From positions 34,001 to 98,000 of the forward strand of contig CAXHJY010001396.1 of assembly GCA_964016885.1 (NCBI GenBank): a stretch of DNA of 64,000 bases, read 5' to 3'. Source of the stretch: Eledone cirrhosa (Eukaryota). This document shows, piece by piece, positions 37,689 to 50,223 of the stretch. Every line of letters begins with the position of its first letter. Within the stretch, counting starts at the first letter, position 1. Made by a program: the position numbers and the translations under genes. The notes beneath the pieces were generated by a model. That model worked only from the letters and a program-made list of their open reading frames with translations. It was not told where the DNA came from and ran no database searches.

Positions 37689-38464
37689 ATTATGAAGAGA
37701 GAAGAAACATTAGATATAATTAGTAATAAGATGTATCATACCTAAACTGCTTCTAAATTCCTCGACTACGTAGTTTCGTGGCATAATCAAAAACAATATA
37801 TCACAGAGATATATAATTTTTGTGAGGTCTGCCGACTTATCAAGAGGATACCTCATTAAGGATTTCAAAAACACGTCTGTAAGATGCGAGATAGAATCCC
37901 AAAAGGCGGAGGGGGAGTCAGTCACGTGATACAGCGGTCAAGAAACAGAGCTAAGCCTCTTATAACCCTGAAAAATACCACGGAGGCGGGGGGGGGTATT
38001 TATATCGAGGCCGTAGAAGAGGTGGTTAAGGGGGCAAGAAGTATGAGTAACGGTAGCTTTCCAGCAGTCACTACACTTCAAGGGTTACTCGACCAAAGGG
38101 AGTTATAAACAATATATAGAGAAACACATAGATACATGCGGACACACACATATACATGAATATATCCACATCCATCCTTGAGTTAATGGTGCCAACCTTA
38201 ACCGATGTTGCTCTATGAATAACTGGGATAAACCAATCCGAATGGATTAGACTGAACCAGTATCAGAGCTATAAAGTACATTATGAAGAGAGAAGAAACA
38301 TTAGATATAATTAGTAATAAGATTGGTTTGTCCAATTCGGATTGGTTTGTCCCAGTTATTCATAGAGCAACATCGGTTAAGGTTGGCACCATTAACTCAA
38401 GGATGGATGTGGATATATTCATGTATATGTGTGTGTCCGCATGTATCTGTGTGTTTCTCTATAT

Positions 38465-38515
<51 letters not shown>

Positions 38516-38857
38516 TTTACGTATCGAGAAAGAGAGAAGAAAAGGAGGGATAGGTGATACATATAGTTATTTGCCAAGTAGCGTATGCCAAAGGTGCTCG
38601 ATACTAGTGCCGACAGTATTAAATATTCGAAGTGTTAATATTTAGTGGGCTAGAGAATTAGCAGAGCGTAAGCACGTGGGAAAGTGAAAAATCGGAGAAT
38701 AGACCGTTAAAACATGCTTATTGAAAATATCACCTACGTACGTTTCGCCCAGTTGGGCTTCTCAAGGGCATAAACAGTCACAAGTGTTCTTTACATAGTT
38801 TGGAAAGAGATTTGGGGGTTAAATCGACATCAAGATTCATTGTATATATATTATATA

Positions 38858-39245
38858 TTAGTCTTAGTTCCTCCAGTCCCTTGTGGAACATTGGGCGACG
38901 AGCTTCCTCCACTTGATCCTGTCACTGGCGGCCCTTCTAGCACCTCTCCAGGTAATCCCAATCTCCTGCAGGTCCTCCCTGAATGTGCTCCGCCATGTTT
39001 TTCGTGGTCTTCCACGTTCTCTCCTACTACCTTCTGGTACCCAATCCATGGCAATATGAGCAGGTCGATCTGCCGGCAAACGAAGGATGTGACCCGCGAA
39101 CCGCCGTCTCCTTTTCCGGACAATGTCCCTTAACCTCTCCAATCCTGACCTCCTAATCACTTCCTCGTTGCTAACTTGGTCTCTCCATGACATTTTCAAT
39201 ATGGTCCGAATGCAACGACGGTGGAATACATCAAGCTTGTTACAT
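38858..39245 (-). mobile_element. RTE LINE 3' fragment
   Basis: KLDVFHRRCIRTILKMSWRDQVSNEEV...FAGHILRLPADRPA...RERGRPRKTW...WRKLVAQC. Confidence 0.85.
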
Positions 39246-39254
39246 ATTATATAC

Positions 39255-39384
<130 letters not shown>

Positions 39385-39399
39385 GTGTGCGTGTGTGTG

Positions 39400-39446
<47 letters not shown>

Positions 39447-39814
39447 GTGTGTGTGTGTGCGTGTGTGTGTGTGTGCGTGTTACCATCAAAACGGCTCTTT
39501 GGAACAATGATTTATCTATAGTTGTTTATCACGTCGTTCTACTAAGAGATCATAACTCAGAGTTGAAGACAGCCATAGAGCTTGATACTAGGTTTATTCC
39601 GACACGTGGCGTTTCCTCGAGAACTTGCGATATATATAATTGATTCATTCTCAGTAAGATTACATAATTTTGACATATAAATATACGAACCAGCGATGGA
39701 GTTTCTACGTGGTGCTCAATCTTCTCATAACTGCATCATAAACATTTTGCTACTATCATTTTTTTGGGGGGTGCAGACGTTCATAATTTTCCTACATAAA
39801 TGTTTATGCACGCT

Positions 39815-40030
39815 AATTGGATTGGTAGAATCGGTAAAGCGTTGGACATCATGCTTCGCAGCATAGAGTTACATCACTTTATGTTCTGACTTCAAATCCC
39901 GCTGAGGTTAGTTGTGCTTTTCATCCATACTGGGTCGATAAAATAAAGTACCTGTAATGCACTGGCGTCGATTTAATCGACTTGTCCCTTCCTCCCCAAA
40001 CTGTTGGCCTTCTGCCTAAATCAGAAAGAA
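39815..40030 (+). mobile_element. Meta-domain SINE copy
   Basis: CTTCAAATCCCGCTGAGGTTAGTTGTGCTTTTCATCCATACTGGGTCGATAAAATAAAGTACC. Confidence 0.7.
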
Positions 40031-40034
40031 TAAT

Positions 40035-40645
40035 TACTAGCAGTGGTACCCGGCGTTGCACGGAATAAGGTATTTTGGAACGCGGGCCGCCAACAGACCT
40101 AATCGTGGAAAAACTGCATGCCTGGACAATATGTACAGAAAATAAACCGAATACTCTGATGGCTGGATAATCTAAGATTTTCCTCGATGAAGCAGGAAAA
40201 AAGGCAGGTTTTCACTTAATGCGGGCCCTAGGGGATCAAGAAAATGATTTTTTTTATGTGCATAATATGCCTTGAAATTTCGGGAAAATCGTAAGACGTA
40301 ACGCCTTAAAAATCGTAAGACGTAACGCCTTAAAAAAGTCCTAAAAAGCTGAAAAAAAATGAAGTTTTTCACCTAATGCGGGCCCTAGGCCATAAAAAAG
40401 TTGGATTTTCTTTGCTCACGGTATGAAGAAGAGACTGACTAATACATAGTTACAATTTCAAGGAAATCGGCCTGACATAACGCCTCAAAAAACCCTAAAA
40501 AGGTGGGGAAAATGCAGTTTTTCACCTAATGCGGGCCCTAGGGGATCAAAAAGTTGAATTTTTTTATGTGCATAACACTTCCTGAAATATAAGTAATACA
40601 CATGTAAAGTTTGAAAAAGATCGGTTGGGTACTTCTCGAGTTTCA
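40035..40645 (+). mobile_element. Non-autonomous Helitron/Helentron-like element with internal repeats
   Basis: TACTAGCAG..CCCGGCGTTGCACGG terminus with short hairpin; TTTTCAC(T/C)TAATGCGGGCCCTAGG three times; ends in (CA)n. Confidence 0.45.
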
Positions 40646-40666
40646 CACACACACGCGCGCGCGCGA

Positions 40667-40734
<68 letters not shown>

Positions 40735-41004
40735 CATCAGTTTTATATATATAGATGACAACTTTATTCATTATTGTGTTGTATATATTTTATTATGTTT
40801 TGTGTAATTAAAATAAACGAGGAAAGTATACAATATTTTTTGAAAATTTTAGAATTTTCCTACAACAATTTTTTGGGGGGTGCAGCTGCACATCACATAC
40901 CCCCAGCAACACTTCACTGAATGGCATCCAAATCTCATTCACAAAATACTATACCTTACTGTCTTAAAATAAAGAAATACATTGAATAATGTAGTCCTAG
41001 AGAG

Positions 41005-41240
41005 AAAGCGAAAGCTATAATTCTTTAGCAAAGTCAGCTGGGCCCAGAACCTCTGCACCCACATCCTAGAGGGATGCATCGATGGCAGAAGATCCATAGA
41101 AAGACCAAGAAGACACTGGTGTGATGGCATCAAGGATTGGACGTGAAGAATGCTGGTGGAGTGCACAGTCGTAGATAGGGAGAGGGGTTAGTGGAGAGCA
41201 TTGGTGCAATTGCCCAAGGTCCCCGTCACCCGGTAATGAG
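41005..41240 (+). mobile_element. RTE LINE extreme 3' fragment
   Basis: HILEGCIDGRRSIERPRRHWCDGIKDWT. Confidence 0.65.
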
Positions 41241-41894
41241 GAGAAGAGAGGATACGATTGGAATGTTTTTGATCGTAGGTCTGCTCGCTTAGACAGACCT
41301 GGGGTTAAACAAGAAGAAAAAAAACCCACCACTACCACCAATACCAGCATCACCACCACCACCACCACCAGCATCACCACCATCACCACCACAACAACAA
41401 CCATCACCACCACGACAACAACAACAACACACACACACGCGCGCATAGAGACACACATACACACACACGCGCACACACACACACGTCCCCCCGCCCCGCC
41501 CCCACACACATATATATACATCGGTTATAAATAATCTAAAATGTTCAAGATTTGTTTTGTGTAAAGAAATAAAGAAAACATTCAAAAGAAAGAAAGAGAA
41601 AAGAAAGCATTAGCAGGTTCAAATAATGTGTTGAATGTCGTCGGGTAAATCAGATAAACAGTATTGAAACTTACTAGAACATTTCGTGTAATCTCATTTA
41701 TCCTTTCTTATGAATGAGAGGGCTTGCGGTGTATGTACGTAATGATTTCTAGAAACTTCCGCAGAATAGGTGTCAAGGACATGGTTATATTTTATACAAG
41801 GGTCGGTTGAACATTTTATAAGCTGACCCAAATACTCTCGAGGAATGACCAAATGAGGTTTATTTTTCAACATAGTCCCTGGAAAAAAACAAAC

Positions 41895-42008
41895 GTAAGG
41901 ATGAAAGGCTAAGTTAACCTCGGCGAAATTTGAACTCAGAAAGTAAAGGGCCGTATCTATATGCCGCAAAGCATTTTGTCCGACGCTTTACCGATACTGG
42001 CAATCCAC
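41895..42008 (-). mobile_element. Meta-domain SINE fragment
   Basis: AAGGATGAAAGGCTAAGTTAACCTCGGCGAAATTTGAACTC. Confidence 0.7.
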
Positions 42009-42339
42009 AGTTCATAACATTGAAATGATAATAAACGTAACATTCATTACAATAGCAGAATAGTTAATATTCATAGGAACCGATCTTATCAATGTATATG
42101 TGAAATAAAAACAGTAATAATTATTGGGATTCACTAGACAAATGTTTCGTTGGGGATGGAAATAGTTGATAGAATCAATTCTATATATTACTGGTATTTA
42201 TACAAACTAACGGTTTGATCTGTTAGAAATAACAGTCAAATCTCTTTAAAAAACATATCCTACCGTCATAAAAAATGGAAGGACACAACGGTTAATGTCT
42301 TACATACCGTTAAAAAGACGGGTTTATAACAGTTACAAC

Positions 42340-42490
42340 CAGTGCCGGATTTAGGACAAATGAGGCCCTGTGCTAATTAAGTTATGAGGCCCCTTACTTG
42401 GGCCCTGAAGGAGCTAAACATTTATTTTGGCAGAAAGATGTGTTCGCCTCTGGCCAAACACACCTAAGCACAATGGTAAATCCAGCACTG
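42340..42490. mobile_element. hAT MITE (151 bp)
   Basis: TIR CAGTGCCGGATTTA / TAAATCCAGCACTG; 8-bp TSD GTTACAAC/GTTACAAT. Confidence 0.85.
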
Positions 42491-42807
42491 GTTACAATAC
42501 CTTGGTTATAGTCCTGCTCGATTAGGGTTGAATCGGGACTAAACAATAACAACTGGTATTCATTTGTTTTAGCTGACTAATCACACACGAGCTTGTATGT
42601 AAAAAATAAATTTCCGTTTCTTCCCCTCTCGTCTATCTCTTATTTTATTTGCCGATGAAGGATTAACGCCTGAAACGTTAATATACATTTCCTACTATAT
42701 CTAGCGTTAAACTAATATATATCTTCATTGTACCGCATTGTTCCCCTGTGTTGCTTTTCGTCGTTGATTTTTCGTTCCAAAGAGCCTTTTTGATGATAAC
42801 ATAGGAG

Positions 42808-42885
<78 letters not shown>

Positions 42886-42929
42886 CACACACACACTCAT
42901 GTATATATAGAATTATATATATCTATATA

Positions 42930-44553
42930 GATGAGATGCAATTTGGGTTTGTGCCAGGAAAAGGCACCACTGATGCCCTCTTCCTTGTGAGGCAGTTACA
43001 GGAAAAGTACTTAGCTAAAAGTAAGCCGCTCTACCTAGCATTTGTCGATCTGGAAAAAGCCTTCGAACGAGTCCCTCGTGCTATAATCTGGTGGGCTCTT
43101 AGAAAATTAGGAGTAGATGAATGGCTTGTGAAAGCTGTACAAGCCATGCATAGGGGAGCAGTCAGCAAAGTTAGGATTAGCAATGACTATAGCGAGGAAT
43201 TTAGCATACAGATCGATGTCCAGCAGGGCTCTGTTCATAGCCCTCTCCTGTTCATTATAGTATTGCAGACAATAACGGAGGAGTTTAAGAACGGATGCCC
43301 ATGGGAACTCCTATATGCGGATGATCTCACACTTATAGCTGAATCTATGGTGGAACTAGAGAAGAAATTCCAAACATGGAAGCAGGGACGAGAAAGAAAG
43401 GGTTTCAAAGTCAACCTGACAAAGATTAAGGTTCTCGTAAGTAGACGAGAAAACAACCCAGATCCCCTCAGGGAAATGGCCTTGCTCAGTATGAGGGAAA
43501 GGTGTAGGTAGAAACTCCATCCTTTGCCCCAGATGCAAACAATGGCTACACAAGAGATGTAGTGGGATCTCAGGAAGCTTAGCTAAGAATGTAGGCTTTA
43601 CATGTAGCAGCTGCGCTGGGACAGCAAGCAGCAAACGGCCACAGGATACGAGCACCACCAAACTCTGGGAGGGCTCTGTAGAAACCGTAGACAGCTTCTG
43701 CTACCTAGGTGACCGAATTTGCAGCGTAAGAACGGGGTGGAAGAAGTTCAGGGAGCTACTGCCACTGCTAGCTGCAAAAGGCTTTCCCCTCAAAATGAAA
43801 GGCAGACTGTAGCGTTTATACGAACAGCAATGTTACATGGTAGTGAGACCTGAGCGCTGTCTGTAGAAGACTTGCGTAGATTAGAAATAAACGAAGCTTG
43901 CATGCTCCGATGGATGTGTAATAGTAATATACGCGAACGGCAATGCGTAAACGAATTGAGAGAGACTGAGCATAAGAGGAATCAAATGCTGTGTGCAGAA
44001 GAGGAGGTTGCGTTGGTATGGACATGTGATGCGTATGAAGGATGACAGCTGCATAAAAAGGTGCAGAGCACTAGAAGTCGATGGAAGCCGCAGAGTGGGG
44101 AGACCCAACAAGACCTGGGATGAGGTGATAAAAGCCGACCTTACCCAATTGCACCTCTCAAAGGCGATAACACACTACTGTGACCTCTGGTGTCACGCAG
44201 TAATACAGAAGACCCCCCCCCCCACGGGTACAAGCCGAAGCTGAAGCATATAGACAATATGCCCCCACACCCTCCCACTGCAAAGTGGTCGTGGAGGAGC
44301 CACGGCAAAAAAGCACCCAGCCCACACTGTAAAGTGGACGTGTAGGTGCCACGGAAAAAAAGCACCCAGCACTCACTGTAAATGAGGTTGGTGTTAGGAA
44401 GGGTATCCAGCTGTAGAAATCAAGCCAGAATCAGTTCCCGTATGAGCAAGACAAGGTCAGCCGACCGGATACTGCCCACAACAGGACAACCCGTCTAACC
44501 CATGCTAGCGTGGAAAAACGGGCGTAAAATGGTGATGATGATGATGATGATGA
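42930..44553 (+). mobile_element. RTE LINE 3' half (RT, PHD-like insert, C-terminal domain, 3' UTR with (GAT)n tail), degenerate
   Basis: QFGFVPGKGTTDA, FVDLEKAF, QQGSVHSPLLF, YADD, RRLRWYGHVMR; tail CATGCTAGCGTGGAAAAACGGGCGTAAAATGGTGATGATG. Confidence 0.88.
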
Positions 44554-44649
44554 TATATATATATATATATATGAATTTGTTTTGCAAGGTTTTTGATTTG
44601 AAATCGTGTGTCGAAACAAATATTGTTATACTTGGGGGGGGGGGGTCAT

Positions 44650-45560
44650 ACGGTAGATTTAATGACATCCCCTTAGAGAACCTATTCTTCAACCCAGCTG
44701 ACAAAACATACAAGATGAACACATTTTAACCCACTAAATTACCTTTTAATAAAAGAGTTTGTATACCACAACAAATAGATGACGACACAGAGGCACAGTT
44801 TACCATAGCTAGAAATAAAATTAGACAAGTAGTAGACCAATATACTAAGAGACAGAGCAGACCAGAAATTCAACAACTTGGAAGAAAACCTGTAGAAGGC
44901 CTACTTAGCCTCAAGCAGCGCACAATGGATGGTGGGGTAGTGTGTCTACCAACAGATAAATCTGGTAGGATGTCTATAGACAGCATGCCGAACTATATCA
45001 AGGCTATGCAACCCCACATCATCAACACGAGCGAAACAGCACAACAAACACACGAGGAGAGAGAGAAGATCCTCAACGTCCACATGTTGATGTGGACCGA
45101 CATCCTAAAGCCAGGTAGACGCACAGCTAACAACTTCCAAACGTCTAATAATGACATATCAACCTTGTATGGGCTCCGCAAAGAAGCAACTGAGATAGAG
45201 CTAAGAAAACCAAAGTTAAACAGAAAAAATGAATGGAATAACAACAATCATACCTGAACAAACAATACTGACTTAAGGGAAATATAAATAAATAAATAAA
45301 TAAATATATACACATAAACACACACTAGTGAACAAAGATAGAATATAAAAACAAAAACACATACACTCAAACGCGAACACACACACCAAACATTATACAC
45401 ACACGCAAGCGCATGCGCAGAGACTGAGACAAGAATACATAAATAAATAAAATAAAAATGGCGTAGACATTACAATACAATAGGAGGGAACATAATAGTA
45501 CTACTGATGATGTTGCAGATGTGCAACGAAAGAACTTTGGTAGACTATATATATATATTT
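44650..45560 (+). mobile_element. Internally deleted Penelope-like element with 3' pLTR hammerhead (45496-45548)
   Basis: CLPTDKSGR...LYGLRK fused directly to the GIY-YIG tail EATEIELRKPKLNRKNE; CTGATGA-T-GTTGCA GATG TGCAAC-GAAA downstream. Confidence 0.7.
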
Positions 45561-45724
45561 ATATTTGTATTTTTAACCGTTGGTCAATCAATGATAAACA
45601 TTGTTTGCCAAATAAATTAACTATGGATATATAAAAGATACAGAAGCGAAAACCTAACCAAACAGCAAACAGTGAGTGTGTTCTGTTATTATTTCTGGCA
45701 ATATTATTACAACAATATGACCTT

Positions 45725-45800
<76 letters not shown>

Positions 45801-45935
45801 GAGCAAAGAATCAGTATTGCATCATATACATATTTAATTACATATTATATATGTTTGATTAATGATCGATCCTGACTCTGGAATCGGAGGCTCCTCAGAT
45901 ATGTGTTAACACATAATCGATCGTTCCTCGAGCTG

Positions 45936-45984
<49 letters not shown>

Positions 45985-45990
<6 letters not shown>

Positions 45991-46935
45991 CAAATAACGA
46001 AACGAAATTAAATTTCGTTTCGTTTGTAACTCACTTTTGTATGACTGACGCTTAAACAATTAAGTTAAAAATGTACATCTACATATGCATACTGAAATAC
46101 TAGTGTGTATATGAATACACACACGTATACATATGTAGGTGTACCAAGTCTTTCACTGGTGTGCTTTTACAATTCTCCAGAAAGGCCGGTAGATAGGTAA
46201 ATATTGCTGATGAGTTGTAACAACAACGAAACTAGTTCAATATTCCTTGTCTGGCTTTCTGAAGAATAGGGGGAAGGTGTTCCCCCGAAAAACCAGTATG
46301 ACTCTAAAAACCGGTTTGTCTGTGTGTTTACATACAGAATAGCTGGGCCGCTCACTGTAAAGCGACCAGTGAAAGACTTGGTACACCTACATATGTATAC
46401 GTGTGTGTATTCATATACACACTAGTATTTCAGTATGCATATGTAGATGTACATTTTTAACTTAATTGTTTAAGCGTCAGTCATACAAAAGTGAGTTACA
46501 AACGAAACGAAATTTAATTTCGTTTCGTTATTTGTTTTTATCGTCTCCGCTGAACCGGTGCGTACTCACACTCTATGCAAATTAGTCTGCCCACTACTAA
46601 TTTTCATAGAAAAAGCATATAACGATATGTGCTTTTACAATTCTCCAGAAAGGCCGGTAGATAGGTAAATATTGCTGATGAGTTGTAACAACAACGAAAC
46701 TAGTTCAATATTCCTTGTCTGGCTTTCTGGAGAATAGGGGGAAGGTGTTCCCCCGAAAAACCAGTATGACTCTAAAAACCGGTTTGTCTGTGTGTTTACA
46801 TACAGAATAGCTGGGCCGCTCACTGTAAAGCGACCAGTGAAAGACTTGGTACACCTACATATGTATACGTGTGTGTATTCATATACACACTAGTATTTCA
46901 GTATGCATATGTAGATGTACATTTTTAACTTAATT
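45985..46935 (+). mobile_element. ORF-less module: inverted piece + 468-bp-period tandem, each unit with a hammerhead
   Basis: 46161-46466 repeated at 46629-46934; 45985-46160 is the reverse complement of ~46364-46540; (TA)n flanks. Confidence 0.8.
46200..46244 (+). ncRNA. Type I hammerhead ribozyme (identical copy 46668-46712)
   Basis: AATATTG-CTGATGA-GTTG TAACAA CAAC-GAAAC TA GTT-CAATATT: perfect stems and canonical core. Confidence 0.85.
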
Positions 46936-47074
46936 ATATATATATATATTCGGTATACAAGGATGAAATTCACTTATACCACTCAACGCCATATTCCCAA
47001 TGACAGAGGTGACGGAGTATATTAATAAAGATGAAAATGAGATGTTGAAGGTGTTAGAGTCCTTTATTATTTGA

Positions 47075-47124
47075 GCCGTTATATATATTTCATTGACGAT
47101 AACATCGTGATATCTTCAGACAGC
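47075..47124 (-). ncRNA. Type I hammerhead-like motif
   Basis: Minus: GCTGT-CTGAAGA-TATC ACGAT GTT ATCGT CAAT-GAAA TATATA TA-ACGGC. Confidence 0.6.
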
Positions 47125-48061
47125 AAAAATTGATTAAAAGGTAACAGTTCTGAGGTAATTTTATTTGGAAGGGAGCGTACTAAAAAAATGTGTTTTTGCT
47201 TTGATTGTCCGCCCTCTTCTGGTTTCAGGCCATCCAGACAGCTCTGCGCATGTCGCAGGGGTGTGTGGGAGGCTGCCCCCTTCACCTACACCCAGAATAC
47301 TACCAACCTTGTATGTTCTCTCTATCTACCAATCTCCCACCTCCTCGGCCATCAACTCGATATGACCAGTGGGAGTTCAAGCCAGCCAAAATTTACTGCT
47401 AGCTTTGGCAACCGGTAGGATTTTGGTGCATTTGTGCCCGCCATCTGTTTATGGTGGGATAATCACCCCGAAGCGAGAAAGTTCCCTTCTGCTATGGTTA
47501 ATACAACTTATCATAGAAAATATTTAAAGTTTCACAACTCGAAAAAAATTCTAAGTTTCAGACGTTAATAGTTAAAAATTAAGAGTCCAGACAACTAGGC
47601 AACAGTCAATCTGCTAAGGATAAGAAGATATCTGACCACTTGTCGTGGATGACATTTAAAATTTAAAGTATCTAATTTAACGAGTGTTAAAATTAAAAAT
47701 AAACGAATGTAAAAAAATTAAACAAATGTAAAAATTAAAAATTAAACAATCCTACAGTTGGTATCCCGGTCAATCCAGTGGAGACAAAAAGATACATTTA
47801 TGGTTTAAGGAAAAGTGTACAAGTAAGGAAGAACAGGGGAAAAAACGGGGAAAAAGGGATTATACATAGAATAAAATAAAGGGGGGAAAAATATATATAA
47901 ATATAAGGTAAAAAGACTTATAGAGAGAATGAAGGAAACATAGAAGGAAAAAATCCATGATAAATGTCTGAGTGGGGGTGAGTTATAGAGAGTCAGTTAT
48001 ATTCACAGTGCTTCGGGTATTTTGGTCCATGCAGTTGCAACTGGTTACACACTCACATACA

Positions 48062-48126
<65 letters not shown>

Positions 48127-48438
48127 GTAGAACACTGGAAGGTAATATCCGTAGTGGTAGAGCACTCAGTCCATAGGACGAGTTAAGTAGAAGTGGTTAC
48201 ACAACAGTTAGTTCACCATACTGAGAACAATTGTTTCACCTTAGCGGATCCTCAGCTCGATTACGAGCTGAGGATCCGCTAAGGTGAAACAATTGTCCTT
48301 GAGCAAGACAGTTTATTTCACGTTGTTCCTTCTACCTGGAGTTGCAACCGATACATAGTATTAGCAACTGGAAAGACTAACGGAAACATTGTTTCCTCGG
48401 TCCGATTTGACGAAAGCCGATCGATCCTATATATAGTA

Positions 48439-48505
<67 letters not shown>

Positions 48506-48509
<4 letters not shown>

Positions 48510-48600
48510 GGCGGGATTTGAGCTCAGATCATAAAGAGCCGTAACTCTATGCTGCAAAGCAAGGCGTCTGACCCTCTACCGATACTGCTAATCCACCGCC
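48506..48600 (-). mobile_element. SINE 5' fragment
   Basis: CTCGGCGGGATTTGAGCTCAG...CTGCTAATCCACCGCC. Confidence 0.65.
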
Positions 48601-50148
48601 CCATATATAGTAATAATAATAAATGTGAAGACTAAAATCCAAAGAGGGCTCGATAAGGATAAATATATATCAAATATATAAGAACCGTAGAGCAAATATT
48701 TATTAAAATAACAGATTAAAGTTTAAGCAAAGAATCGCTGCTTTCACCCTTAACGATTCTTTGCTTAAACTTTAATCTGTTATATTAATATATATATATA
48801 CACATACTTACGGTAAATATTGATGCAATTCAATTCAAGCACTCAACGTACTTTTTCCACATAGAAGTGACGGGGTATATTTAGAATAAGAAAATGCGAA
48901 GTAGTTTCAGATGTTAAAATTTCTCACTATAATTTTCCGTTCTACTGTACGGTACTATCGTTCAATATATGGATAATATATCTGTAATATTGATCCCGCT
49001 TTCAAAACTTCTTACTTTAATTTAAACATCTTCCTGTTTTATTATTTACTAGCAGAAAAACTACCCTTCGGGCTGGTTTTCTGCTAGCATGTGTAGTATG
49101 TATATTGATATTATACACAAGTATATATACATGTAGATATGATACATCAAATAAAATCGTAATTGACAATATACACAGAAATTGAACGAAGACTGTGTTA
49201 CACTGTTTTATGTAATCAGTAAAGTAATCCATGATACATTAAAAAAAGACGATATTATATATAAACTGCATTAGGAGAAAATTAGTATGTTTATTCAAGC
49301 GATCGCCAACCGGAAGTGTTGACATTTCAGAAATTTTAAAGAAGTGTGAATCTTTAAATAAACAAAATATATTTAATCAACAGCCACGAAATTTAGTAGA
49401 TAAATTATGTAATATTCATTCATTATTTATTCAAAGTAATCCAACTTATTTTACTAATGGGATAAAAAATTATAAACCGTACGCAGTCCCGCGCTCCTCC
49501 CTTTATTATAATTTACATTATATATAGATTTTTTGTTTTTATTTACTTCAATCAAGATTTTAACTTGTAATTTTTAATTTCTAATTTTCAACAATAATTT
49601 CCACTGTGAAACCATAATATCTAGAATTAAGTTTACATTCTCTTTGCGGGTGATGGTCAATTCTACTGTCCAAGCATAATTTAGGGGTAGTATCGAAGCC
49701 TATTGAAACTCATACTCTGCTACCACCACTAGGCCACTGGCAGGGCGACTAGCAGTAAACTATAACCGTGTCATATTACAGACCTGGATGGGGGTGATTA
49801 TTTCGTTGGGGTATGGGGGGACCTGCCTAGGTGAGTTTCGTAGAGTTTTGGAGTAGTGGATGATCAGCTTCCTTCGGATTTGCGCCTGCACAAACCGGTG
49901 GGGGTGAATTGGGACTCACAAGGGAACGGGCGAAGGATTCAAGAACACCCGATTTGTCCGTTCCCTTGTCGATTCAATTTGGATTGCTTCGGGAACATAA
50001 CCTTATTATGTAAGAAGCTGTCTGATGATGTCACGGCACTGGGTACACGGAATCGTGTGGTCACTGCCGTCATTGAAATATGTATCACAGCATTATCATT
50101 AAAGGACATTAACATCTGAAACTACTTCGTATTTCTTATTCTTCCCCC

Positions 50149-50223
<75 letters not shown>

